32,000 nt of DNA from Candidatus Saccharimonadota bacterium (GCA_963718585.1 OY970357.1:450001-482000); one strand, 5' to 3'. Shown: positions 15,858 through 26,242, numbered from the stretch's first letter. The notes: generated by a model not told the origin, from the letters alone. A program made the numbers and translations.

Positions 15858-16946
15858 TCACAGTCCCGCTTCCTTGAGTCCTTCCAGGGCTTTGCGCTGT
15901 TCTTTATTCGGTTTTTTTACGACGTCGGGCTGGACCGTGATCAATTGATCCCCACGGGTCTTTCCATGGATCGATGGCATCCCTTTTCCACGGATCTTGA
16001 AGACCGTCCCCGGTTCCGTCCCTTCCGTGATCTTGAGTGACCCTTTCCCGTCAACGGTTTCCACATCGACCTCGCCACCCAACACAAGCGTTGAGTACGG
16101 GATCCGGATCGTGCTCACAACGTCATTCCCTTCCCGTGCAAACAGCGAATGATGCTTTACATGCACGCGGATAAAGAGGTCGCCGGCTTTGCCTCCTCCG
16201 CCGGGGTATTCTCCCATGCCGGAGATCCGGATCGCTTCGCCATCCGAGATCCCCGCGGGGATCTCAACCTCAAATGACACGGTCTTCCGTTCGACACCGG
16301 TCCCCTGGCACTGTTTGCAGGTGACCTTCGGCTTTTCGCCTTTTCCCTGACATTCCGGACACGTGGTCGCAGATCGGATCGCGCCGAACATGGTCCTCGT
16401 CACGCGATCGACCTGCCCTTTCCCATTACATGTCTTACATGTCTCCATCTCTGAACCCGGTTCCGCTCCGGTGCCTTTGCAGACGTCGCACGCCGTATGT
16501 TTATAGAGTTGGATCGTCTTTTTCGTACCGGTTACACTCTCCAGGAAGTCGAGCGCGACTTCCGTCTGGATATCAGCACCCCGCCTTGTCTTGGTTCGAC
16601 GCCCATTCTGGAAGCCGAACATCTCACCAAAAATGTCTCCCAGATCGCCAAGGTCTTCGAAATTGATGTTTCCGCCTTGGAACCCGCCGAATCCCTGTCC
16701 GAAGCCTCCGCCTCCTGCTCCCGGACCGCCCTGTTCGAATGCCGCGGAACCGAATTGATCGTATGTCTGGCGTTTCTGCTTATCGCCTAAGATTTGAAAC
16801 GCCTCGTTGATGTCTTTGAACTTCTGCTGATCACCGCCTTTGTCCGGATGATGCTGATGCGCCAAACGACGGAACGCCTTTTTGACGTCCTCGTCGCTCG
16901 CCGTCTTCTGCACGCCAAGTATGGCGTAGTAATCCTTCCCGGGCAT
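15858..16946 (-). CDS. dnaJ: Molecular chaperone DnaJ
   Basis: J domain with HPD (HHPDKGG), G/F-rich region, and four CxxCxGxG repeats (CDVCKGTG, CKTCNGKG, CPECQGKG, CKQCQGTG). Confidence 0.93.
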   Translation of the reverse strand: MPGKDYYAILGVQKTASDEDVKKAFRRLAHQHHPDKGGDQQKFKDINEAFQILGDKQKRQTYDQFGSAAFEQGGPGAGGGGFGQGFGGFQGGNINFEDLGDLGDIFGEMFGFQNGRRTKTRRGADIQTEVALDFLESVTGTKKTIQLYKHTACDVCKGTGAEPGSEMETCKTCNGKGQVDRVTRTMFGAIRSATTCPECQGKGEKPKVTCKQCQGTGVERKTVSFEVEIPAGISDGEAIRISGMGEYPGGGGKAGDLFIRVHVKHHSLFAREGNDVVSTIRIPYSTLVLGGEVDVETVDGKGSLKITEGTEPGTVFKIRGKGMPSIHGKTRGDQLITVQPDVVKKPNKEQRKALEGLKEAGL

Positions 16947-17227
16947 TATTCAGGCTTCTGGTTTTCGTACCGCATCTTTTCCCATTGCTCGAGCGTCTTT
17001 TTCAGCGTGGAGATCAGATCCCGTGCCGTAAAGTGGTTGAGGAACACGCGTGACACAAGCTGGGCCGGCTGACCGTTGTTGTTCACGTGACTGAAGAAGT
17101 CGACCGCCACGTCACGTTCCTGCGACGTCACGCTGAACGCGTTGGCATACCGTCCTTTCATCTCTTTCTGGTCTGCCTGGACTTGGAATCCTTGCTGCTG
17201 TTGTGGCTGTTGATTTTGATCGGACAT
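16946..17227 (-). CDS. DUF3467-like small protein
   Basis: 93 aa. Q-rich N-terminus, then GRYANAFSVTSQERDVAVDFF...SRVFLNHFTARDLISTLKKTLEQWE, which resembles the DUF3467 pattern. TAATG overlap with dnaJ. Confidence 0.6.
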   Translation of the reverse strand: MSDQNQQPQQQQGFQVQADQKEMKGRYANAFSVTSQERDVAVDFFSHVNNNGQPAQLVSRVFLNHFTARDLISTLKKTLEQWEKMRYENQKPE

Positions 17228-17244
17228 ATTCTTTCCTTTATGTC

Positions 17245-17298
17245 ATTCCCGCAAATGCGGGAATCTGGGTCGGACCAGGTCCCCGCCTTCGCGGGGAC
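17245..17298 (-). promoter_or_regulatory. Pair of GC-rich tetraloop hairpins in the dnaK-DUF3467 spacer
   Basis: attcccgc-aaat-gcgggaat (17245-17264) and gtccccgc-cttc-gcggggac (17279-17298). Neither is followed by a T-run on the coding (minus) strand. Confidence 0.5.
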
Positions 17299-17307
17299 GA
17301 CGATTCA

Positions 17308-19233
17308 TTATTCTTGCTTGAAGTCACCTTCCTTCGGCTCTTCTTTGGGCTCATCCTTCTTTTCCTCGCCGGCATTCCCCTGTTCCTGATTTTCGACCGT
17401 GGATGTGTCTGCCTGCTGCTTCTTATACATCGCCTCACCGACCTTCTGTGCCGCCTGCGCAAGCTCGTCGCCCGCCTTCTTGATCGCTTCGGTATCGTCC
17501 GTGTCTTTGACCTTTTTCAAGGATTCAATTTTTTCCTCGACCGCCTTTTTATCTTCATCGGAAACATCCTTTGCTTCCTTCATCATCTTTTCGGTCGTGT
17601 AGATCATGGTCTCTGCCATGTTCTTCGCCTCGATCAACTCGCGGCGCTTTTTGTCTTCTTCTGCATGTGCTTCGGCGTCTTTCTTCATCTTCTCGACATC
17701 ATCATTCGAAAGATTCGTGGACGCAGTGATCGTGATCTTCTGTTCCTTGTTCGTCGCCTTGTCCACGGCCTTCGCGGACAGGATCCCGTTCGCGTCGATA
17801 TCGAAGGTGACCTCGATCTGCGGGACGCCGCGCGGCGCAGGCGGGATGCCAGAGAGCGTGAATCGGCCGAGCGTCCGGTTGTCCGCCGCCATGTCCCGCT
17901 CGCCCTGAAGCACGTGGACCTCGACAGACGGCTGGCTGTCCGCCGCGGTCGAAAAGATCTGCGACTTGGCGGTCGGGATGGTCGTGTTCCGCTCGATGAC
18001 CTTGGTCATGACACCGCCGAGCGTCTCGATCCCGAGCGACAACGGAGTCACGTCGAGGAGGAGAAGTTCGCCCTTGAGATCTCCCTGCAAGTTTCCGGCT
18101 TGGACCGCGGCGCCGATCGCCACGACCTCATCCGGATTCACGGAGATGTTCGGTTTCTTGCCGAAAAACTTCTCGACCATCTGTTGAACAAGCGGCATGC
18201 GCGTCATGCCACCGACGAGGATCACCTCATTGATGTCTGACGCGGAGAGTTTTGCATCGGCAAGCGCCTTTTTGCACGGTTCAAGTGTCTTCTCGACGAG
18301 CGGTCCGACGAGCTCTTCGAACTTGGCGCGCGTCAGCTTGAGTTGAAGATGCTTCGGCCCGTTCGCATCGCTCGTGATGAACGGCTGATTGACCTCCGTC
18401 TCCATGGCGCTTGAGAGCTCGATCTTCGCCTTTTCCGCAGCTTCTTTGATGCGCTGGAGGGCGAGTGGGTCCTTTTCCAGGTCGATGCCTTCGGCTTTTT
18501 TGAATTCATCGACGATCCACTGGATGATCGTGTGATCGAAGTCGTCACCACCGAGGTGCGTATCTCCATTCGTCGCTTTTACCTCGACCGTGTTCTGGTT
18601 CGCTTCCGCGTCGAACGCGATCTCCAGGACGGAGACATCGAACGTCCCACCACCGAGATCATACACGACGATCTTCTCATCCTTCTTTCGGTCAAAACCG
18701 TATGCGAGTGCAGCGGCTGTCGGCTCATTGATGATGCGCTGGACCTTGAGTCCCGCGATCTCTCCCGCGACTTTTGTCGCTTGGCGCTGAGAGTCATCAA
18801 AATACGCAGGCACAGTGATCACGGCATCCGTGATCTTCTCACCGAGACGCGCTTCCGCATCTGCCTTGAGCTTTTGCAGGACCATGGCGGAGATCTCTTC
18901 CGGCGCATAGTCTTTGCCGCCCATCTCGATGCGCACACCATCGCCTTTTTGTGAGACTTTGAACGGGAACCATTTCACGTCCCGTTGGACTTCCGGATCA
19001 TCCCAGCGGCGTCCGATGAGGCGCTTGATGCTGAACAAGGTATTGGCAGGATTCACGACGGACTGTCGCTTAGCGACCTGACCGACAAGACGTTCGCCGG
19101 TCTTGGACATCGCAACGACGGACGGCGTTGTCTTTGCGCCTTCCGCGTTCTCAATGACTTTTGGCTGGCCGCCTTCGATGACAGCCATGCACGAATTGGT
19201 GGTTCCGAGGTCGATTCCGAGGATCTTAGGCAT
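17308..19233 (-). CDS. dnaK: Molecular chaperone DnaK (Hsp70)
   Basis: [19 protein letters not shown] and [11 protein letters not shown] signatures. ATG 19233 (MPKILGID) is preferred over the TTG at 19242. Confidence 0.95.
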   Translation of the reverse strand: MPKILGIDLGTTNSCMAVIEGGQPKVIENAEGAKTTPSVVAMSKTGERLVGQVAKRQSVVNPANTLFSIKRLIGRRWDDPEVQRDVKWFPFKVSQKGDGVRIEMGGKDYAPEEISAMVLQKLKADAEARLGEKITDAVITVPAYFDDSQRQATKVAGEIAGLKVQRIINEPTAAALAYGFDRKKDEKIVVYDLGGGTFDVSVLEIAFDAEANQNTVEVKATNGDTHLGGDDFDHTIIQWIVDEFKKAEGIDLEKDPLALQRIKEAAEKAKIELSSAMETEVNQPFITSDANGPKHLQLKLTRAKFEELVGPLVEKTLEPCKKALADAKLSASDINEVILVGGMTRMPLVQQMVEKFFGKKPNISVNPDEVVAIGAAVQAGNLQGDLKGELLLLDVTPLSLGIETLGGVMTKVIERNTTIPTAKSQIFSTAADSQPSVEVHVLQGERDMAADNRTLGRFTLSGIPPAPRGVPQIEVTFDIDANGILSAKAVDKATNKEQKITITASTNLSNDDVEKMKKDAEAHAEEDKKRRELIEAKNMAETMIYTTEKMMKEAKDVSDEDKKAVEEKIESLKKVKDTDDTEAIKKAGDELAQAAQKVGEAMYKKQQADTSTVENQEQGNAGEEKKDEPKEEPKEGDFKQE

Positions 19234-19238
19234 AGGGT

Positions 19239-19667
19239 TCAATCATTCTGAACGTCGATCTTGACGCTCTGAGTCTTAGATTCTGTGAGTTTAGGGATCT
19301 CGATGGTGAGAAGACCGTTCTTGAACACGGCGTTCGCCTTGCTCTCGTTCACACCTTGCGGCAAGCCGACCTGTCGTTTGAACGTTCCGGAACGGATCTC
19401 TTTGCGGTAATAATCTTTTTCATCCACTTCGGTCTTGCGCTGGGAGGTTCCGCTGATCGTCAGCATGCCGTTTTCAACCGATACGTCGACGTTCTTGGGA
19501 TCAACGCCCGGAAGTGCGGTCTCGATCACGACCGCGTCTTTTTTGTCGTAGACGTCGATAGCGGGAACGAGTCCGTCACCGCGGCCATGCACGGAAGGGA
19601 GGCCGTCGAAGAACTTGTCCATGTTCTCGAAGGGATCGTAGAAGGGAGACCATTTGATAAGTGACAT
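19239..19667 (-). CDS. Hsp20/alpha-crystallin family small heat-shock protein
   Basis: Internal ATG 19667 ([13 protein letters not shown]...) gives 142 aa with an alpha-crystallin domain ([39 protein letters not shown]...[14 protein letters not shown]). The longer upstream extension overlaps grpE. Confidence 0.85.
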   Translation of the reverse strand: MSLIKWSPFYDPFENMDKFFDGLPSVHGRGDGLVPAIDVYDKKDAVVIETALPGVDPKNVDVSVENGMLTISGTSQRKTEVDEKDYYRKEIRSGTFKRQVGLPQGVNESKANAVFKNGLLTIEIPKLTESKTQSVKIDVQND

Positions 19668-19701
19668 ATGCGTTTTGCTTAAAGGAGATTCATGATTCAG
19701 G

Positions 19702-20175
19702 TCATTTCGCGACAACGACCTTTGCAGGGCGAATGAGTTTTCCATGCAGTTTCCATCCAGTCTGATGCGTCGTGAGGATCTTCCCGGCTTCGACACCATC
19801 TTCATCGCTGGTATCGACCGCATCATGCTCCGTCGGGTCGAACGACCCGTTGGTATCTACCTTTTCAAGGCCGATGCTCTTGAGGGAAGATTCGAGGGCC
19901 ATCAACGTCGCTTTGAGTCCCTTCAACCAGTTTGTATGCTCCGGCAGATCCGGCGCGGACGCGATCGCGGCATAGAGATGATCAAAGGCGGGTAAAAGTT
20001 CTGATAACAGCTGTTCGTTCGCATACTTCGCGAATTCGCTTTTTTCCGACTCAGTTTCCTTTTTGAGGTTCGCGTAGTCGGCTTGGGCCCGCTTCCATCC
20101 GTTCAGGTACTCGTCGCACTTTGCTTGGAGTTCCTCGATATCAGGCACATTGGTTTCTTCAATGGGTTCAGACAT
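19702..20175 (-). CDS. grpE: Nucleotide exchange factor GrpE
   Basis: 157 aa. Coiled N-terminus (YLNGWKRAQADYANLKKE) and a C-terminal beta domain ending GWKLHGKLIRPAKVVV. Confidence 0.85.
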   Translation of the reverse strand: MSEPIEETNVPDIEELQAKCDEYLNGWKRAQADYANLKKETESEKSEFAKYANEQLLSELLPAFDHLYAAIASAPDLPEHTNWLKGLKATLMALESSLKSIGLEKVDTNGSFDPTEHDAVDTSDEDGVEAGKILTTHQTGWKLHGKLIRPAKVVVAK

Positions 20176-20839
20176 ATTGATGTTTAAAAGCGTCGAGAAG
20201 GGCGATCCCGAGTTTATAATTCATACGCATCGGTCCGAGCAGACTCGCGATCGACGTGTCCGGCAGGGTGACGATCACACAACCCGTCGCCGAGCCGAAC
20301 GGACACGATGATCCGATGTATGGCGTCGGTTCATGGAAGACCTTGCGACGGATCGTCCCGAGCACGTCATCCAATTGGTCGAGTACCTCACCAAGATCGA
20401 CGACACGTCCCCAGTCTTTGAATTCCGGTTGCGCGAACAGTTGCGACAAGCCCGTGTAGTATGTGTCCGACGCATTCAACCCAAGGAGGCATGCGCCATT
20501 GAATAGACCGGCCATCAGTTTCGCCGTCGTCTTTACGCCGTTCTCGCTCTTCTTCGCCGACTGTTCGATCTGTTGGAGTTCCCGCTTCCCGAGCGGCTTC
20601 CGCTCCATCAACTCGTCGACATACAGTTTATATCCCTTCTCCGTCGGCAATCGGCCGGCGCTCGTGTGCGGCTGGATGAGGTACCCTTGGGACTCAAGCT
20701 CCGCAAACCAGTTGCGGACCGTTGCCGAACTCACACCAAGCTTATACGTATCAACGATACGCTGTGAGGACACCGGGTCGCCGGTGTCGATGACATCCTC
20801 GATGACGAGTCGGAGGAGCTGTGTGAGACGTTCGTCCAT
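20168..20839 (-). CDS. hrcA: Heat-inducible transcription repressor HrcA (short form, 223 aa)
   Basis: N-terminal winged HTH with the HrcA signature SSATVRNWFAELESQGYLIQPHTSAGRLPTEKGYKLYVDEL. 8-nt overlap with grpE. Confidence 0.8.
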   Translation of the reverse strand: MDERLTQLLRLVIEDVIDTGDPVSSQRIVDTYKLGVSSATVRNWFAELESQGYLIQPHTSAGRLPTEKGYKLYVDELMERKPLGKRELQQIEQSAKKSENGVKTTAKLMAGLFNGACLLGLNASDTYYTGLSQLFAQPEFKDWGRVVDLGEVLDQLDDVLGTIRRKVFHEPTPYIGSSCPFGSATGCVIVTLPDTSIASLLGPMRMNYKLGIALLDAFKHQYV

Positions 20840-20841
20840 TG

Positions 20842-20868
20842 GTTAGCAGTCTACATAAGAGACTGCTA
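20842..20868. promoter_or_regulatory. CIRCE-like operator (TTAGCAGTC-N9-GACTGCTAA)
   Basis: Perfect 9-bp inverted repeat with a 9-nt spacer, 2 nt upstream of the hrcA ATG. Differs from canonical CIRCE (TTAGCACTC-N9-GAGTGCTAA) at one symmetric position. Minus-strand ttgacg just upstream could be the -35. Confidence 0.8.
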
Positions 20869-20893
20869 AGTCGTCAAGCTTTTGGATTTTCGG

Positions 20894-22129
20894 CTACTCG
20901 TAACGCAAGGCCTCGATCGGATTGAGCCGAGCGGCGCGTCGTGCCGGGAAATACCCAAAGAAGATCCCGATGGTCGCAGAGACCCCAAAACCGATCCCTG
21001 CCCCTTCCCAGGGGATCAGAAACGTCCATCCTGCCTGATAATACGAAATAGCCTGGATCGCGAGCCAGCTTACCGAGATGCCGAGGAGGATCCCAAGGAT
21101 CCCCGCTCCAACGGTCAAGAGGATCGACTCTGTCAGGAATTGCCCGAGAATGTCTCCACGATGTGCGCCGATCGCCTTTCGGAGTCCGATCTCGCGCGTT
21201 CTCTCGGTGACCGTGACGTACATGATGTTCATGATCCCGATCCCGGCGACCAGGAGCGAGATCCCGGCGATCGATCCAAGCAGGATCTGCAGGACAAGCC
21301 CGATCACGGCGATCGTTTTGATGGAATCCTCTTGTGTCGTCACCTGGAAATCATCTTTTGAAAGATCGCCATTCGGGTTACTGATGTTATGCGTCGCGCG
21401 TAACTCGATCCGCACAAGTTCTTTCGCTTGATTGATGGAGATTCTGTCCCCTGCCTTGATCCCGATATAGTCAACGTGCGTTTTGTTATAGAGATCCAGA
21501 GCCGCCGTGACCGGAATATATACCTGATCATCCGCATCACTGAAAAAGCGCGTACCTGCCGGGTCCAGAACGCCCATGACTCGAAACGGTTGTCGGGTGA
21601 TCTTGATCGTCTTCCCGATCGGATCTTCCTGCCCAAACAACTTGTCCGCGACCTTCGACCCAAGGACCACGACACGAGTATGGGAATTGATGTCTTCATC
21701 ACTGAAGTAGTTCCCCTTTTTCAATGTCTCATTGAAGACCTGCATATCTTCGGAACCTGCACCCGTGACCTGCGTCAGGGTATCCACGCCACCGAATGAA
21801 ACGAGATCGCGCGAGATCGCCTGTGCGGTCACGGCGACGGGCCACGAAAGGTCCTTCAGCTTGGTATAGTCTTTCAGCGTCAACGTCTGTCTGGTCGTCG
21901 GCGGAGGTCCGCCCCGCGTCTGGTCCCCTTGTCCACTTTCGACGGCGATGAAATCGCTTCCGAAATTCGCAACCTGGTTGAGAAGGTATCCCTGTGCCGC
22001 CTGACCGACCGTCACCATGAGGATGACCGAAGCGATCCCGATGATGATCCCAAGCATCGTCAAGATCGTCCGCGCCTTATTGACGAGGAGCGCTTTGTAC
22101 GACAGCGGGATCAGGTCTCGGATCTTCAT
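20894..22129 (-). CDS. ABC transporter permease, MacB/FtsX family (paralog A)
   Basis: 411 aa: N-terminal TM, large extracytoplasmic domain, C-terminal FtsX-type 3-TM bundle (RTREIGLRKAIGAHRGDILGQFLTESILL). Confidence 0.85.
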   Translation of the reverse strand: MKIRDLIPLSYKALLVNKARTILTMLGIIIGIASVILMVTVGQAAQGYLLNQVANFGSDFIAVESGQGDQTRGGPPPTTRQTLTLKDYTKLKDLSWPVAVTAQAISRDLVSFGGVDTLTQVTGAGSEDMQVFNETLKKGNYFSDEDINSHTRVVVLGSKVADKLFGQEDPIGKTIKITRQPFRVMGVLDPAGTRFFSDADDQVYIPVTAALDLYNKTHVDYIGIKAGDRISINQAKELVRIELRATHNISNPNGDLSKDDFQVTTQEDSIKTIAVIGLVLQILLGSIAGISLLVAGIGIMNIMYVTVTERTREIGLRKAIGAHRGDILGQFLTESILLTVGAGILGILLGISVSWLAIQAISYYQAGWTFLIPWEGAGIGFGVSATIGIFFGYFPARRAARLNPIEALRYE

Positions 22130-22140
22130 GGATTCAAGGA

Positions 22141-23370
22141 TTATTCATGCCGCATCGCTTCGATCGGCGTCAGCATGGCGGCCGCTCGTGCGGGAAAATA
22201 TCCAAAGATGACACCGATCGCGACTGAAACGCCGAGCCCGAGCAAAACACCGCTCATGGATATACCGAACTCCCACCCTTCCTGGAACTGACTGATGATA
22301 CGGATGCCCACCCACGAAAAACCGATGCCCAACAAGATCCCGATCACGCCGCCGATGACCGTCTGTACGATCGACTCGATCAAAAATTGGCTCAAGATGT
22401 CGTGGCGGTGTGCACCAAGCGATTTACGCAGACCGATCTCATGTATGCGTTCCGTCACGGAAACGTACATGATGTTCATGATCCCGATCCCACCGACCAA
22501 TAATGAGATCGCCGCGATCGACGATAGGAGGATCTGAAGAATATTCGTGACCGTGGATGCGGTCTTGATCGCATCCTCTTGCGTGACGAGGTTGAAATCA
22601 TCCCTTGTCGGATCGCCGCTCGGGTTATCGATATTATGACGTGACCGGAGTGCGATCGCGATCCGATCTTTTCCTTGATTCAGATCCGTGAATGTCGTCT
22701 TCGCTTGGATGTACGTAAGATACTGCTTATTGAACGTATCGAGTGCTGCAGTCACCGGAACGTAGACGGCGCGATCCGGATTAAAGAATCCGCTGGATCC
22801 TGCACGTGCCATCACGCCGATCACGCGGTATTGGACGCTGTTGACCTTGATCGATTTCCCGATGGGGTCTTCCGCGCCGAACGCGGCTTTGACGATATCT
22901 GCACCGATCACCGCAACGCGAGCGTGTCCGTCTACATCCGATTGGGTGATGAACGACCCGATCTGCAAGGGCGTCGTGGTCAATTTGAGTTCATCCGGCA
23001 TCGTTCCGGTGATCTGCGCATTCGTCGTGATCCCTAAGGCGGTGATCGTATCATCCTGGATGACCTTACCGGCGATCACGGACATCCACGGATATGACGC
23101 GAGTTTCTTCACGTCAGCATACGTCAGACTTTCTTTGAAGAATGGGGTGGGTTGACCCGTGGATTGAGCTGGACCATTCCGAATGAAGACCACGTTCGAT
23201 CCGAACGCATTGATCTGCCCGAGGATCTGGCGTTGTGCTGATTCGCCGATGGATAAGACCAGGATCACGGACATGACGCCGATGACGATCCCGAGCATCG
23301 TCAAAACCGACCGGCCCTTCGTCCGTCCGAGGCTCTGGATCGAACTGTTGAGCAAGTCTTGGATGCGCAT
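22141..23370 (-). CDS. ABC transporter permease, MacB/FtsX family (paralog B)
   Basis: 409 aa, same architecture (RIHEIGLRKSLGAHRHDILSQFLIESIVQ). Clearly paralogous to the downstream gene. Confidence 0.85.
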   Translation of the reverse strand: MRIQDLLNSSIQSLGRTKGRSVLTMLGIVIGVMSVILVLSIGESAQRQILGQINAFGSNVVFIRNGPAQSTGQPTPFFKESLTYADVKKLASYPWMSVIAGKVIQDDTITALGITTNAQITGTMPDELKLTTTPLQIGSFITQSDVDGHARVAVIGADIVKAAFGAEDPIGKSIKVNSVQYRVIGVMARAGSSGFFNPDRAVYVPVTAALDTFNKQYLTYIQAKTTFTDLNQGKDRIAIALRSRHNIDNPSGDPTRDDFNLVTQEDAIKTASTVTNILQILLSSIAAISLLVGGIGIMNIMYVSVTERIHEIGLRKSLGAHRHDILSQFLIESIVQTVIGGVIGILLGIGFSWVGIRIISQFQEGWEFGISMSGVLLGLGVSVAIGVIFGYFPARAAAMLTPIEAMRHE

Positions 23371-23372
23371 GG

Positions 23373-24107
23373 TTATTTCAGGAATTCAACTTCTCCATCC
23401 TTCGCGAATCGGCGGTTCTTCACCTGATCATCGGACTGGATCGACCCATCCCTGATCCGCAAAATACGTTGGGCATGCTCCGACGTATACGTTTCGTGCG
23501 TCACGAGGATGATCGTACGTCCTTCGTGCAGATTCAGATCCTGCAAGATCTTCATCACCTGTGTTCCGCTTTTAGAATCAAGATTGCCTGTCGGTTCATC
23601 GGCAAAGATCACGGCAGGGTCACGGATCAGCGCCCGTGCGATGGCGACCCGCTGGCGTTCTCCTCCGGAGAGTTGGTTCGATAGGTTATGCATTCGGTGC
23701 TCAAGCCCGACGGATGCGATCGCCTTCGTCGCCATCTCTTTACGTTTTGATACGGGGATCTTCGAATAGATCAATGGCAACATGACGTTCTCGAGCACGC
23801 TCGTTCGCGGAAGCAGGTTGAAGGCCTGAAAGATGAACCCGACCTCGCTCCCACGCATATCCGCAAGCTGATCTTCATCCAGTTTTGAGACATCCTTCCC
23901 ATTGAATTCGTACGTTCCACTTGTCAGGGCATCCAAAAAACCCAAGATGTGCATCAACGTCGACTTTCCGGAACCAGATGGTCCCATGATCGCGACGAAT
24001 TCTCCCTTGGTGATATCGAACGTGAGGCCGTGCAGCACGCGGGTGACGACCTCGTCATTCTCGTATTGTTTCTTCAGGTCAACGACCCGGATCACCGGAG
24101 GTTCCAT
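23373..24107 (-). CDS. ABC transporter ATP-binding protein (MacB/LolD-type, stand-alone)
   Basis: Walker [10 protein letters not shown], signature [15 protein letters not shown], Walker [13 protein letters not shown]. Start taken at ATG 24107 (MEPPVIRVV), 1 nt after the adaptor stop. Confidence 0.9.
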   Translation of the reverse strand: MEPPVIRVVDLKKQYENDEVVTRVLHGLTFDITKGEFVAIMGPSGSGKSTLMHILGFLDALTSGTYEFNGKDVSKLDEDQLADMRGSEVGFIFQAFNLLPRTSVLENVMLPLIYSKIPVSKRKEMATKAIASVGLEHRMHNLSNQLSGGERQRVAIARALIRDPAVIFADEPTGNLDSKSGTQVMKILQDLNLHEGRTIILVTHETYTSEHAQRILRIRDGSIQSDDQVKNRRFAKDGEVEFLK

Positions 24108-24108
24108 G

Positions 24109-25962
24109 TCATCCCTGCGGTGTCGTCGCCCCGGTCTGTCCGACGATGACATCTTCCCCCTCTTTCACGCCGGAAAGGACCTGTACCTCTCCTTCATCCC
24201 CGCGCAGGCCCAAAGTCACATCACGCGTCTCCGGCGTTCCGTTCACGAGGACACGAACGGTCTTCTGTCCGGTCGTTGAATCCGTTCGAATGGCGCGCAA
24301 CGGGATCACGATGGCATTCGACGCAAATCCAGTGTTCACGGTCACATTCGCTGTCATGCCCGGTTTCACCTCATGTCCGGCCGGATCGATCTGGACACGG
24401 ATCTTGTAGTAGATCGCGTCTTGGATGCGGGTTTCCGCCGGGTCCTTGGCCGTGACCTTCCCATTGAACTTCACTTCATCTCCATAGGCATCAAGCGTCG
24501 TTGTCGCGGTCTGATCGACCAGGATCTTGGTGATATCTGCTTCCGGGACCTCTGCTTCGATGTCATAGGATTGCGTTCCGATCATGTTGATCGCCGTCAC
24601 ATTCGGTGCGACCTGCTCTCCGACATCGGGGATGACATCCGAGATGATGCCGTCGACGGGCGCCGTGATCTCGACGTTCTGCAGGTCATTCACCGCCTTA
24701 TCGTACGCAACCTTCGCCTGTTCCACCGATGCGCGAAGCGGCGCAACGTCCACCGCCCGAGGACCTGACTTCTTCAGATCGAGCGTTGCCTTCGCCTGGT
24801 CGAGCGCGGCCTTTTGGATCGCGACATTCGTCTCCGCTGTGCGGACATTCACATCCGCGTTGGTCTTTGCGGTCTCATACGCTGTTTCTGCCGTCTTATA
24901 GGCATCTTGCAATGACTGGATGCTCTGCGTCTTTGTCAGTTGGGTGTTCTTGATGCTCTGGAGCGCATTCAAGACAGAAGAATTCTGCGCAGATACGCTT
25001 GTCCGATCCGCATCGATGGTCGCTTTTTTGGCTGAAAGGGTCGCTTCCGTGAAATAAGAGTTGGTCAAGCTGGCAGAGAGGACTTCCTGCACATCCGTCA
25101 GATAGGTCTGCACAAGCGTGATCGCTGTTTGCAGTTTCACGGTCGCATTTTGGATATCATCCTGTGTCGAATTGGCGGTCAGGGCGTTCACCGCCTGGTC
25201 TGCGATCGCGCGGGAGTCTTTCGCGGTCTTATATGCCCCCTTCGCCCGATCCATCGATCCGGCGTCAAGGAATCCTAAGACATTCACGAATTGCGCATTC
25301 GCGGCAGAGTTATCGACGCCTGTGATCGTATCGCCATCCGTCAAACCGGTCTGGAGCGGTCCCAGCGCGGTCCGTAACGTCGCGACCGCCGCGTCATAGG
25401 CGTTCTGCACATTCTGACTCACGATCGCGTCTTGATTGTTCAGGTTATTCTGTGCGGTCTGTAGATTGATCGCCGCAGTCTTCAATGCGTCTTGCGTCGT
25501 CTTCTTCGTCGAATCAAGGTCAGCGGCCGCTTTGTCGTATGAGGCCTGCGCCTGTTCAACAGCTGCCGCGGAAACTTGAATATCCTGTGACGTGTTCCCC
25601 GCGAGTTTCGCGTTGAGATTCGCTTGCGCGACCGCTAATGCGGCTTTGGCGTTATTTGCCGTGTATGTGACATCTTCTGCCTTCAGCGTGGCCAAGACAT
25701 CCCCGGCTTTCACGGTATCACCGACCTTCACATTGATCTTATCGATCGTTCCGGACCCTTTGAATGCGAGATCGATCCGTGCTGCGGGCTTGAGCTCTCC
25801 CGTCACCTCGACCGTCTGTGCCAGATCTCGTTGTTCGACCTTGGAGGTCTCATATTGTGGACCGGAATTGCTGTTGCGCCCAAAGAACCACCATCCTCCC
25901 GCAAGCAGGATGACAAGGATGATGTAGGTTGATTTTCGTTTGAGGAATTTTGGAAATGCCAT
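24109..25962 (-). CDS. HlyD/MacA-family periplasmic adaptor with an unusually long coiled-coil insert
   Basis: N-terminal TM anchor (YIILVILLAGGWWFF), lipoyl-like KINVKVGDTVKAGDVLATL, about 300 aa of A/T/Q/N-rich helical sequence, and a C-terminal beta-barrel region (GMTANVTV...VIPLRAI). Confidence 0.8.
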   Translation of the reverse strand: MAFPKFLKRKSTYIILVILLAGGWWFFGRNSNSGPQYETSKVEQRDLAQTVEVTGELKPAARIDLAFKGSGTIDKINVKVGDTVKAGDVLATLKAEDVTYTANNAKAALAVAQANLNAKLAGNTSQDIQVSAAAVEQAQASYDKAAADLDSTKKTTQDALKTAAINLQTAQNNLNNQDAIVSQNVQNAYDAAVATLRTALGPLQTGLTDGDTITGVDNSAANAQFVNVLGFLDAGSMDRAKGAYKTAKDSRAIADQAVNALTANSTQDDIQNATVKLQTAITLVQTYLTDVQEVLSASLTNSYFTEATLSAKKATIDADRTSVSAQNSSVLNALQSIKNTQLTKTQSIQSLQDAYKTAETAYETAKTNADVNVRTAETNVAIQKAALDQAKATLDLKKSGPRAVDVAPLRASVEQAKVAYDKAVNDLQNVEITAPVDGIISDVIPDVGEQVAPNVTAINMIGTQSYDIEAEVPEADITKILVDQTATTTLDAYGDEVKFNGKVTAKDPAETRIQDAIYYKIRVQIDPAGHEVKPGMTANVTVNTGFASNAIVIPLRAIRTDSTTGQKTVRVLVNGTPETRDVTLGLRGDEGEVQVLSGVKEGEDVIVGQTGATTPQG

Positions 25963-25966
25963 ATGG

Positions 25967-26224
25967 TCAATCTTTATGATCCAAAAGATCTGAAACCTTC
26001 TTGAAGTCGCTGGTGACCTGTTTCATGAGTCCTTGGATCCGTTTGGCCGGAACCAACATGAGTCCGCTCCCATGACCTGCCATGACCACGAAACGTTCTC
26101 CGGGTTTGAGGCCGAGATGCGTTCGGACGTCTTTGGGAATGACGAGCTGTCCCCGTTCTCCAAGGACGGTCACGCCCATGACATTCGGGATCCCGTTGTT
26201 CGCCTCATCCGTTGTGATGGTCAT
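25967..26224 (-). CDS. AbrB/MazE/SpoVT-family DNA-binding protein
   Basis: 85 aa with the SpoVT-AbrB swapped-hairpin motif RGQLVIPKDVRTHLGLKPGERFVV. First gene of the exporter operon. Confidence 0.75.
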   Translation of the reverse strand: MTITTDEANNGIPNVMGVTVLGERGQLVIPKDVRTHLGLKPGERFVVMAGHGSGLMLVPAKRIQGLMKQVTSDFKKVSDLLDHKD

Positions 26225-26242
26225 AAGGTATGAATTTACTGA

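Noticed and set aside
17203-18240. 345-aa plus-strand ORF antisense to dnaK; similar long antisense ORFs at 835..1611 (dnaX) and 7142..7774 (cysS)
   Set aside because: They lie fully inside strongly supported genes on the other strand. Their composition is low-complexity and R/L/D-rich, and they have no start context. This is a typical antisense-frame artefact.
19680-19735. Plus-strand aaaggagattcATG mini-ORF (13 codons) in the grpE-hsp20 spacer
   Set aside because: It is antisense to the chaperone operon, runs into the grpE 3' end and is very short. The SD-like match is probably fortuitous.
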